A DNA stretch of 64,000 nucleotides from a virus: positions 1 to 64,000 of the IMG/VR virus record IMGVR_UViG_3300017971_000013. One strand, 5' to 3'. How positions within the stretch are numbered: the stretch's first letter is position 1; each line of letters begins with the position of its first letter. Of this stretch, positions 30,888-38,714 are shown one piece after another. The position numbers were made by a program, and so were the translations under genes. The notes beneath the pieces are model-generated. The model ran no database searches. It was given only the letters and a program-made list of their open reading frames with translations, and was not told where the DNA came from.

Positions 30888-31398
30888 GTTTTTCTTTGGT
30901 ATAGATCCAGGCTACTCGTCGGGAGCAGTGTGTCTCCTATCCCACCACAATGAGATCTTATTCCTCAGCGATCTTCCTACTACCTCGCTCTCTAAGAAGA
31001 CAAAAGGCAAACTAAAGAAAGAAACGCACCTGGATTTCGAAGGGTTAGCTGAAATGTTTCTTTCATTGTTTGAGTCTCAGCCCCTCCTATTAACTCATTG
31101 TCTCGTTGTAATTGAAGATGTTCATGCCATGTCTAAACAAGGGGTATCTTCGACTTTCAAATTTGGCAAGGGATCAGGAGCCCTGCTCGCGGCCTGTAGG
31201 ATGTTGAAATTATCTGTGCTTAAAGTGTCTCCTCAGAGATGGAAAAAGCAGGTGATTACTATACCAGATGATATACCTAAGAAGAAGGCGTCACTTTTTG
31301 TGGCGCGCAATATGTGGGGTAAAAAATACTTTCCCCTAGAAAAAGATCACAATAAAGCTGAAGCGGCTTTACTCGCTTACTATGGGATCCTATTATGA
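30874..31398 (+). CDS. RuvC-like Holliday junction resolvase
   Basis: GIDPG, IEDVHAM..QGVSSTFKFG, P..WKK, DHNKAEAALLA. Confidence 0.85.
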   Translation: MSSHKFFFGIDPGYSSGAVCLLSHHNEILFLSDLPTTSLSKKTKGKLKKETHLDFEGLAEMFLSLFESQPLLLTHCLVVIEDVHAMSKQGVSSTFKFGKGSGALLAACRMLKLSVLKVSPQRWKKQVITIPDDIPKKKASLFVARNMWGKKYFPLEKDHNKAEAALLAYYGILL

Positions 31399-31784
31399 GT
31401 GACGATTTTTTCAAAGGTAAGAAGACTATCTCTCCTGAGTTTGCGGCTGCTCGTGCTGATATCGCTCTACAGCAGATTCCACCAGAGACTGTGAAACAAC
31501 AGATGCGGCGCAATAAGGTGATTAAATCAGCCGTTGTGGACTTGTTGTGTAATCGTGTGCAACCAAACACGAAGGATGGCATTCTCTTCGCATACTTTGA
31601 TGAGTTTGAAGACTTAAAGAAGGATCCTAGATTTAAGCCTCTTAGCAGCTATATCGATAAATTGGTTAGAAGAGATAAGAATGGGATGGCTATTGGATAT
31701 GTCAGACCTATTCTAGCAAATGAAGCGGGCATCATCAGATTGAGTCCGACTGAAGGGAAGATTGTGGTTCTCAAGGAGAAGTGA
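31395..31784 (+). CDS. Hypothetical protein
   Basis: Coupled operon ORF. Confidence 0.55.
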   Translation: MSDDFFKGKKTISPEFAAARADIALQQIPPETVKQQMRRNKVIKSAVVDLLCNRVQPNTKDGILFAYFDEFEDLKKDPRFKPLSSYIDKLVRRDKNGMAIGYVRPILANEAGIIRLSPTEGKIVVLKEK

Positions 31785-32542
31785 TGAAGATTGTGAAAGA
31801 GAATGCGATATTCAAATCCATTCAAGGGGAAGGATCTCGTATCGGTGAACCAGCCTACTTTCTTAGATTATGGGGCTGTTCTTTAGGTTGTGATTGGTGC
31901 GACACTAAAGAATCTTGGGTCGATGAAGATAATTATATTGAGGTTGATCCTTATCAGTTAGCTGAAGACTTAAAAGATGCGATGAATGATGTGCCTAGGT
32001 TGGTGATAACTGGAGGAGAACCTTTTGATCAGATTGAAGATTTAATTTCGCTAATCTACAAGATTAATCAGATGGCTTCAAGACGAACTTTTCTGGAACG
32101 GCCATTAATCTCAGTAGAGACAGCATCAAGATTCTTCAGTCCTTACAAGTCTGAAGTGAAAAGCAGAATAGCTAGTGAGAAAGAAAAGGGTAGGCACGGT
32201 TTTTCTACGTTCGAGATGCCGTATTACCCTAATCTTATTACTTTTTCTCCAAAATTATGGGCATTTACATCAGACGACATCAAATGTCACCTGCAAGAAT
32301 TGTACGATTTAGGTTCCTATTGCTTGGAGAAAGAGGTAAAGATTGTTGTTTTTGATGATGCAGATCTTAGACGAGCTGAAAATCTTCTCGATTATGTGAG
32401 TTCAAACTTTGGTTTTCCAGAACACCGGTTGATTATTCAAATTGGCAGCGATTTAGACGAAGAACAAGAAAAGTGTCTGCTTGAAGCCGATGCGAAATAT
32501 AGGCGGTTACCTCAATTGCAGACCTTGTGGGGCATAATGTGA
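31781..32542 (+). CDS. queE: 7-carboxy-7-deazaguanine synthase (radical SAM)
   Basis: SIQGEG...FLRLWGCSLGCDWCDT, ITGGEP, ET, SPK, PQLQ. Confidence 0.9.
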   Translation: MMKIVKENAIFKSIQGEGSRIGEPAYFLRLWGCSLGCDWCDTKESWVDEDNYIEVDPYQLAEDLKDAMNDVPRLVITGGEPFDQIEDLISLIYKINQMASRRTFLERPLISVETASRFFSPYKSEVKSRIASEKEKGRHGFSTFEMPYYPNLITFSPKLWAFTSDDIKCHLQELYDLGSYCLEKEVKIVVFDDADLRRAENLLDYVSSNFGFPEHRLIIQIGSDLDEEQEKCLLEADAKYRRLPQLQTLWGIM

Positions 32543-32564
32543 TGCAGTTTTCGGAGTTGATAAA

Positions 32565-33086
32565 ATGTCGCAACTAGAGGAAGTGACGAAGCTACTTGTC
32601 GAATCTCTCATAGAGAAGTATCAGTTGACGATAGAAGAGCAGGCATCTTTAGATCTTAAAGAGACTTCGCGCCGAGTGGCGCATGCCTTTGAAGAAATGC
32701 TGAGCGGCTACGAACTCAATAATGGGAATGGTGCTTACACTACATTCCCAGTTAGAGAGACAGAAGATCATAATGCGGTGTGCGCAAAAGGCATATCTTT
32801 TTCGAGTGTTTGTTCCCACCATCTTCTTCCTTTTATAGGTGAGATGGAAATTTACTATGTTCCTAGCAGTCGAGTTATTGGGTTGAGTAAGCTTTCTCGT
32901 ATTGTTAGAAAGTATTCTCAAAGACTACAATTACAAGAGAATCTGACGAATCAAGTGGCTGATGCCATTGTAGAGATACTGGAACCCAAGGCTTTATCTG
33001 TTACTTCTAAATGCGTACATTCGTGCGTAGCATGCAGAGGTGTGTCAGATCCTAACATGGTAATTGAAGTCGCTGTTTCTAGGTAG
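32565..33086 (+). CDS. folE: GTP cyclohydrolase I
   Basis: CSHHLLPF, IGLSKLSR, RLQLQE, HSCVACRGV; C-terminus short. Confidence 0.9.
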   Translation: MSQLEEVTKLLVESLIEKYQLTIEEQASLDLKETSRRVAHAFEEMLSGYELNNGNGAYTTFPVRETEDHNAVCAKGISFSSVCSHHLLPFIGEMEIYYVPSSRVIGLSKLSRIVRKYSQRLQLQENLTNQVADAIVEILEPKALSVTSKCVHSCVACRGVSDPNMVIEVAVSR

Positions 33087-33100
33087 AAACGCCAAAAAAG

Positions 33101-33270
33101 GTGTCATTTTTTTGACACTTGGCCTCTTGTGACACCTTGTCACATTAGAGCGGACTAGGCCACGCCTAAAACCGCTCTCAAACGGCCGTAAATGCCCGAA
33201 AATGCTCGACAAATGGTAATTGTGGTCAATTGTCTCCACCTCGGAACGTGAATCGTGACACCTTGTCACG
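33101..33270. promoter_or_regulatory. Putative enhancer (UAS) palindromes for the sigma54 promoter
   Basis: GTGACACCTTGTCAC at 33129 and 33255; GTGTCA-T6-TGACAC at 33101. Confidence 0.5.
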
Positions 33271-33301
33271 TTCTAACAGCAAACAAGACAGAAAAAACTT
33301 G

Positions 33302-33348
33302 TAACTTGTTGAAATCATTCACTTTTCAAAACTGGCATGCATCCTGCA
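33302..33348 (+). promoter_or_regulatory. IHF-like site plus sigma54 (-24/-12) promoter
   Basis: TAACTTGTTGAAA (reverse TTTCAA-N4-TTA), then CTGGCATGCATCCTGCA with exact GG-N10-GC spacing. Confidence 0.65.
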
Positions 33349-33448
33349 CTACCTATTAATCCGCCTAGGTGTATGCACCTTAGGCGAGCTTTTCTCCCCA
33401 TAGCGCGGGAAAGAAAAAAGTGGCGAATTTCAGCATACTAAAAAACGG

Positions 33449-33501
33449 GCGGTATTCAGAGCATGGGATTGATTCCTGTGTTTTGGGTACCGCTTTTTTT
33501 T
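33449..33501 (+). terminator. Intrinsic terminator (~20-bp G.U-rich stem)
   Basis: GCGGTATTCAGAGCATGGGA / TCCTGTGTTTTGGGTACCGC followed by T8. Confidence 0.75.
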
Positions 33502-33619
33502 GTGTTTGTGCTGTGCGCTACTCGTTGACAAAAGGAGAGTGTCGTATTCTGGTATCCCAGAAAGGCCATGCATTGATTACCCGTCCCGTGTGTCTAACCA
33601 GGATGGGTTTTCTTTTTGG

Positions 33620-34080
33620 TACGGGGATTTCAGGGGCGTTCCGGCTAACAGCTGTTGAGCGCAAGGAAAGTGCTGCTTGCTACGAAATGAAGGTGGAAAC
33701 ACCGAAACAGACCCTTACGCTGTGGAGTCCTTTAAACGGGATGTTGAAGCGGCATAACTCGCACGGTGAGATGCGAGGGTAAAGCAGAGTAGCCATTTTG
33801 GCAGGGACCATACGGGGTTCCTTGCGAGGGCTTTCCTTAGGGCGACATTCCGACATAAGAGCAAAGCGAAACACTCTTTTTTGAGGGAAAAAGTTTGGCC
33901 GGATTTATCCGGTTCTCTCAAAGGTGGGTCCTATCCTAGCAATTCTAGGGAGGTTAAAAACAAATACCGAAAGACGACACTCTCACCCTAGCCGTATTGG
34001 GTGTCGCGATTAGGGGTTAGGACCAATCGAGATAAAAGAATGGACGGCCCGAAAAGAACGGTGTTTCACAGGGGTTCGAA
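33620..34080 (+). ncRNA. Candidate large structured ncRNA (family unassigned, boundaries approximate)
   Basis: Many hairpins and long-range pairings; no credible protein ORF; higher GC than flanks. Confidence 0.55.
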
Positions 34081-34081
34081 A

Positions 34082-34143
34082 GCAACGGTCTGGTGACAAG
34101 GTGTATTCCCCATACACTTTTTAGGTTCGATTCCTAACGTTGC
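34082..34143 (+). ncRNA. tRNA-like mini-element
   Basis: GCAACG/CGTTGC acceptor-like stem, GTC-TGGT-GAC mini D-arm, GGTGTAT/ATACACT arm, TTAGG-TTCGATT-CCTAA T-arm. Confidence 0.6.
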
Positions 34144-34187
34144 AACTTAGCAACGTTAAAATTCAACACACAAAAAGGGAGGGTATC

Positions 34188-34505
34188 ATGTATATTGTGG
34201 TTTCTCATTGTGGTTATTCGTGGTCGTTTGTTCGTATGAACGAAGAGGAGGCTAGAAAAGAGTATCGAAACGTCGATAGGGAATACAGAGACTACAAGAG
34301 GGCACAAAGAAGGGCTGAGAATCTCACTGCTAAAATGCAGTGGGCCGAAGACTCCCCATCAAAAGAGAAGACAAGGAAAACCGGTACAAAAACTAGGTCT
34401 AGAACCAGGTCCGGTAAGGTTCGTATCTCCTTTAAGAGAGGAGGAAAAAGGAAGAAACTGAGAGTTGTCAGCAAAGGTACAACAGCAAGCTGCGGTTTGT
34501 GGTAA
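34188..34505 (+). CDS. Hypothetical basic protein
   Basis: GGGAGG RBS. Confidence 0.55.
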   Translation: MYIVVSHCGYSWSFVRMNEEEARKEYRNVDREYRDYKRAQRRAENLTAKMQWAEDSPSKEKTRKTGTKTRSRTRSGKVRISFKRGGKRKKLRVVSKGTTASCGLW

Positions 34506-34515
34506 GGAGGAAACA

Positions 34516-34710
34516 ATGGGCATAGAAGACTATAAAGACGAAGTAGCAAACGTAGACGTGATTATCGAGACTCACAGGCGCGATAAGAAGTGCCCTTTGT
34601 GGCGAGGGTGTTGTCACAACGGTAGCTGGAAAGAGTGTATGGATTTAGATGAGGAAACTAAAGATTTCACGATGAAACACTCTAGTGGATGTGCCTATCT
34701 TAGATCTTAG
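34516..34710 (+). CDS. Hypothetical Cys-rich protein
   Basis: AAGGAGG RBS. Confidence 0.55.
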   Translation: MGIEDYKDEVANVDVIIETHRRDKKCPLWRGCCHNGSWKECMDLDEETKDFTMKHSSGCAYLRS

Positions 34711-34724
34711 GTATTGTGGAGACG

Positions 34725-34775
34725 ACGAGTAGGCTGAAAGCAGCTGTTAGTGGGGTGCAATTCCCTGCTACTCGT
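34725..34775 (+). repeat. 51-nt structured direct repeat, copy 1 (tRNA-like minihelix)
   Basis: ACGAGTA-GGCTGAAAGCAGCT-..GTGGGG TGCAATT CCCTGC-TACTCGT. Confidence 0.75.
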
Positions 34776-34813
34776 ATTCCGTTCGACAACTCTTAATAAA
34801 AAAAGGAGCTATT

Positions 34814-35191
34814 ATGAGCCACAAGAAACAGTATGTTGTTCTTAATTCGGACGAGATTGCGGTTACTTTGTACTTTAGATTGACCACTGTGGTTGGAAAT
34901 GTAAATGAGATGATGGAGGCCGTCAGAGATGGGGTGTTTGACTATGAGTTTAAAACTATCCTTGCCGCTGGGAATATTCCTGCTGTGGTGTTTGAGGGAG
35001 ATAACGGGACGATGGTTTTTGAGTTGTGTGGTTCGAATGGCTACAGCGAAAGGTTCCAGATTGTAGAGGCTATGGTCAGAGGGTTGTGGAGTCTTCACAT
35101 CGGCGGGAACTTTAAGATGGACTTTTCAGCCTTTGAAACTAGCAGCGAGCGTGTTACGAAGCATGTGTTGTGTAATAGACGAGTAGGCTGA
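34814..35191 (+). CDS. Hypothetical protein flanked by direct repeats
   Basis: AGGAG RBS. Confidence 0.6.
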   Translation: MSHKKQYVVLNSDEIAVTLYFRLTTVVGNVNEMMEAVRDGVFDYEFKTILAAGNIPAVVFEGDNGTMVFELCGSNGYSERFQIVEAMVRGLWSLHIGGNFKMDFSAFETSSERVTKHVLCNRRVG

Positions 35192-35229
35192 AAGCAGCCG
35201 TCAACGGGGTGCAATTCCCCGTTACTCGT
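35179..35229 (+). repeat. 51-nt structured direct repeat, copy 2
   Basis: ACGAGTA-GGCTGAAAGCAGCC-..ACGGGG TGCAATT CCCCGT-TACTCGT; compensatory changes relative to copy 1. Confidence 0.75.
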
Positions 35230-35267
35230 GTTACGTGCAATTCCGCGCGTATTTTGGAGGTAAAGAA

Positions 35268-35471
35268 ATGCTACTTAAAGAAGAGCGCAAGCAATTGATG
35301 CAAGAAGGAGAAGTCATCCTGGCAAAGATGGAAAAGGCCAGCGCCGCCGGCCATCTTGGTAAAGTGCTGGCATACGCACAGCTGTTCGATGAGGTTATGG
35401 ATAAACTCAAATCCTTTGAACTAATCGAGACCGCCTTGAAGGCGGGGATTGGAGTGGTCAAACATGGATAA
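35268..35471 (+). CDS. Hypothetical protein
   Basis: GGAGG RBS. Confidence 0.55.
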   Translation: MLLKEERKQLMQEGEVILAKMEKASAAGHLGKVLAYAQLFDEVMDKLKSFELIETALKAGIGVVKHG

Positions 35472-35751
35472 TCATATCAAAAATGCAGTCGAAGAATGGA
35501 CTATTGATGATTGGGAAGAGTTCATTATTCTAGGGTCTGAAAGGTTCACTAGGACGTTAGAGCTTAAGCGAGCTATCAAGTTTTTAGATGCTGTCACTGA
35601 AGCGCTGGGTGCTTATCGCGCACATTATGTTAAGGTGCTAGCCGGTCGTCATTGTCAGTGCTGCGGCCAAGCTGTCAATTACGGTAATATCTGTACGTTC
35701 TGTGAGAACAACTGCTATAACACACATTGCATAAAGAAAGAGGGGACATGA
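35464..35751 (+). CDS. Hypothetical Zn-finger protein
   Basis: CQCCG...CTFC. Confidence 0.55.
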   Translation: MDNHIKNAVEEWTIDDWEEFIILGSERFTRTLELKRAIKFLDAVTEALGAYRAHYVKVLAGRHCQCCGQAVNYGNICTFCENNCYNTHCIKKEGT

Positions 35752-35987
35752 GCTTTCTGAGTAAAAAGATCATCCTTCACGAAAAGACCGTCGTGGAGCG
35801 TCTCGGCTTGGCGTATGATGACAAGGTTCACTGGAAGTGGAGCATGAGCATGGCCCCTTTCGATGGAGCCTGGTTGATGCCTAACGGCAGTAAGCTCTAC
35901 AGGTACTCTAAGAGGACCTGGAAGGTCGGTGGGTACAGCGAGTGGAACTTCAAGCAAGATCTTGCATTGATTGAAGGGAGGTGTTAA
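35748..35987 (+). CDS. Hypothetical protein
   Basis: GAGGGG RBS; coupled to the upstream gene. Confidence 0.5.
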   Translation: MSFLSKKIILHEKTVVERLGLAYDDKVHWKWSMSMAPFDGAWLMPNGSKLYRYSKRTWKVGGYSEWNFKQDLALIEGRC

Positions 35988-36016
35988 ATTCATGGGCTCC
36001 TAACAGGAGCCTGAAA

Positions 36017-36099
36017 GCGGGCGTGGTGGAATGGTAGACACAAGAGACTTAAAATCTCTCGGCCGAAAGGCCATGCGGGTTCAAGTCCCGCCGCCCGTA
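36017..36099 (+). tRNA. tRNA-Leu (anticodon UAA), CCA not encoded
   Basis: GCGGGCG/CGCCCGT acceptor, AGAGA-CTTAAAA-TCTCT anticodon arm, long variable arm, GGTTCAAGTCC T-arm. Confidence 0.95.
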
Positions 36100-36140
36100 C
36101 TTCTGAGGAAATGGTCCTCATGTTTGCCCACGGAGGGAGT

Positions 36141-36629
36141 ATGAAACTGAAGGTTAAAAAGAGGAGGAAAAGAAGACCAAAGAAGATACTAATGAAATGG
36201 AATGACATTCTAGATGACTTTGAAGAGCCGAGTGAATGGCTCGATTTGATTTGTGAAGGCTGCTTAAGGTGGGAGACGATGTTAAGAGCAGTGTCTATCA
36301 TTCACACTCCTACTCCTAAGGTGGTTAAAGAATATACCGCCATGGAAGAAGAAGAGTTGCGTAATGATAGAATTGTATTGTTCTTATCAGAGATTCTCGC
36401 AGCAGCAGTACGTCATGATTACGAACCAGAGACATTTGACGAATTATGTACTGTGTTCTCTGTAGGTATTAAGCACGAGGTTGATTACTGCCAACCTTTT
36501 AAAGATGCTTGGTACATGAAGCAGACCACAGTGGCTAAGGAGAGGTGGCAAGACTTACGTGGTTTTCATACCTCTCCTATGTTTTGGTTCGATTTGTACA
36601 GATCTATAATTCTGTACCTTACTAATTAA
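36141..36629 (+). CDS. Hypothetical protein
   Basis: GGAGGGAG RBS; starts MKLKVKKRRK. Confidence 0.6.
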   Translation: MKLKVKKRRKRRPKKILMKWNDILDDFEEPSEWLDLICEGCLRWETMLRAVSIIHTPTPKVVKEYTAMEEEELRNDRIVLFLSEILAAAVRHDYEPETFDELCTVFSVGIKHEVDYCQPFKDAWYMKQTTVAKERWQDLRGFHTSPMFWFDLYRSIILYLTN

Positions 36630-36630
36630 C

Positions 36631-36683
36631 TTGACAGTTCAGGTCAATGAGCTTATTGTTCAATGTTGCCAGGTGGCAACGTT
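36631..36683 (+). promoter_or_regulatory. Sigma70 promoter with a 22-bp palindrome over the start site
   Basis: TTGACA-17 nt-TATTGT, then AATGTTGCCAGGTGGCAACGTT. Confidence 0.7.
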
Positions 36684-36702
36684 TAACTTTGGAGGTAAAG
36701 AG

Positions 36703-37494
36703 ATGGGGAAGAAACGAGTTAGAAAGCGCAGGAAAGCAGCTGTCAATACTTGGTTGCCTGCTATGGTGGTTGAATACCCATCATCAGTCTATTTTCAAAT
36801 TAATAGATTGGTGAGAGGGGCCATTCCTCCTGAAAGAGGTAACCCTGTGAAGACAGATGCTTTACGAAAGGCCGCATTGGATACGTTTTTGTCCAGTCTT
36901 GAGGCTGGTAAAACTATCCGCGAAGCTTTTCCTGTGAAGCTTTCTAAGCCTACAGAGAAGATACAATTCCTTGTGAAGGAATTGACTGATGCTATAGAGG
37001 AGAGCATTGAGCTAAGGGATAACTGGAAGCAGCAGTTTGCTGCTCAGGAATATCCTATGCTTTCCGCTAAGCAGGTTAAGGCCCTTACAGGGAAGTATGT
37101 GTATCTTCTAGACGTTGATGATGATACATTCTACGCTTCTAAGATTATCAACGTCGTTAACGGCATCGATATCGTTGCCCAATGTTTGGACACGTATGGC
37201 TCTCCTCTTAAAGAGGAAGTTATTCGGGCGCCTTATTGGGCGGTATTCGAATGGACCCCTGACGACTACTTTGACGTAATTGGTGTGTCTTTGGATGACT
37301 GTCTTGACTATGAGTTGAAACTCAGGGTCAAGGAAGATCCTCCTAAGCGTGCGCATTCCGCTGTCCTTCAATCTTGGGAGAGCAAAAAAGCCCCTATCTC
37401 CACCCTTTCAAAACCTACCAAAAAGGCTTCAAAGAAGAAGTCTCTCACCGCAAAGCCTAGAAAGAGGCTTTCCCTCAAGAAGAGGAGTAAATAG
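36703..37494 (+). CDS. Hypothetical protein with basic termini
   Basis: GGAGG RBS. Confidence 0.6.
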   Translation: MGKKRVRKRRKAAVNTWLPAMVVEYPSSVYFQINRLVRGAIPPERGNPVKTDALRKAALDTFLSSLEAGKTIREAFPVKLSKPTEKIQFLVKELTDAIEESIELRDNWKQQFAAQEYPMLSAKQVKALTGKYVYLLDVDDDTFYASKIINVVNGIDIVAQCLDTYGSPLKEEVIRAPYWAVFEWTPDDYFDVIGVSLDDCLDYELKLRVKEDPPKRAHSAVLQSWESKKAPISTLSKPTKKASKKKSLTAKPRKRLSLKKRSK

Positions 37495-38010
37495 ATGGAT
37501 GAAAAACAACGCAAGCTTTTGGAGACAGAGAATACCGTTCGAGAAAACCATACTTTTGGTAAGCTTGAAGCGGCTATTTGTGCTGCCATCCAAAGAGGCA
37601 CTAAATCTGCAGTAGAGGTTCAGATCGATGCGAATGAGCGCATGAAATGGGTGGCTAATACACTCAACGATCTGACTAATGCTGTAAACGCTCTCACCGC
37701 TGTTACAGTTGGTGGTGCTCCTGTCGCAGAGAAGCGAGCTGCGTTAGCCCTTAAACAGGAACCAGACAAGAAGAACACGTTTGTTGCTAATCGCCTAGAG
37801 GATCTACTCAAGAAGTATGATCTCTGGGATTGTAAGGAACAACATTGTGGTTTCTGTGGTAAGACTCCAGAAAAGTCTGAAGAGATGGAATTGCTTTGTT
37901 GGGAAACGAGATTGAATGACATTCTCGAAGCCAAGAAAGCAAAGACTGAAGAAGCTAAGCCTAAGAAGGCTAAGAAGAAGTTTCGCATCTCTAAGAAGAA
38001 GACTAAATGA
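37495..38010 (+). CDS. Hypothetical protein
   Basis: Coupled ORF; CGFC motif; basic tail. Confidence 0.55.
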   Translation: MDEKQRKLLETENTVRENHTFGKLEAAICAAIQRGTKSAVEVQIDANERMKWVANTLNDLTNAVNALTAVTVGGAPVAEKRAALALKQEPDKKNTFVANRLEDLLKKYDLWDCKEQHCGFCGKTPEKSEEMELLCWETRLNDILEAKKAKTEEAKPKKAKKKFRISKKKTK

Positions 38011-38477
38011 TGGGGTTGTCAGCCGACTATTACCGGCTGAGACTGGAACTGTTTATTGATATGTTACAATACCAGTCAGCCTGGGACATTCTGACTGAGG
38101 GTAAACAAAAGCTAACTGCTCTGAAAGGGAGGGTGAAGGTACGAAAAGGAAGTAACTCTAAAGCACGGTCTGTTTGGATAAAACGAGCCGAAGCCGAGGA
38201 ATCAGAGCTACCTTGGTATAGAGTGCTTTTCTTACGTGGTAAACCTGTGTCTATGGTGTCTTTCTTCAACACTGTTGAAAAACTAAAGGCGCCGACATGG
38301 TTTTATTTGGTATCAGGTGGTGTGCTACTCGGTGCTAAGTATGGTTACATGCAACTCTTACTTGATTATCCTGAATTACTTGAATTGGTACTTAGAGATA
38401 TGGGGTTTGTTTTAGAATCCTATAATTCTGTATCTTACAAGCAGGTTAAAGAAGAGTTCATGAAAGGCATACGATGA
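38007..38477 (+). CDS. Hypothetical protein
   Basis: Coupled ORF. Confidence 0.5.
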   Translation: MMGLSADYYRLRLELFIDMLQYQSAWDILTEGKQKLTALKGRVKVRKGSNSKARSVWIKRAEAEESELPWYRVLFLRGKPVSMVSFFNTVEKLKAPTWFYLVSGGVLLGAKYGYMQLLLDYPELLELVLRDMGFVLESYNSVSYKQVKEEFMKGIR

Positions 38478-38710
38478 GAAAACGCCCACCTGGTACTAAT
38501 CGTTATGTCTCTGCTAACTACGTAGAAGCGCAGATTAGCTTAGAGACGGTCGAGTTAAAGACTCGTTATCGCAACAAAGATCGTGCTTCTCTCAGTGACT
38601 TGTGCGGAAAGCTTGTCTTGAGAGACTTTATGGATTATTGTTGCGAAGGTTCTACCAGCGAGGAACATATGTTTCTCGAAACTGTCATATCGTATTTTAA
38701 AGGAGAGTAA
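38474..38710 (+). CDS. Hypothetical protein
   Basis: Coupled ORF. Confidence 0.5.
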   Translation: MRKRPPGTNRYVSANYVEAQISLETVELKTRYRNKDRASLSDLCGKLVLRDFMDYCCEGSTSEEHMFLETVISYFKGE

Positions 38711-38714
38711 AGAA

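Noticed and set aside
33420-33782. 120-aa ORF in the RNA block
   Set aside because: No RBS, crosses a terminator, atypical composition
33500-34143. Large RNA as tmRNA, RNase P RNA or a group I/II intron
   Set aside because: No tmRNA acceptor ends, no GAGGAAAGTCC P4 pairing, no convincing domain V or P7, and it interrupts no gene
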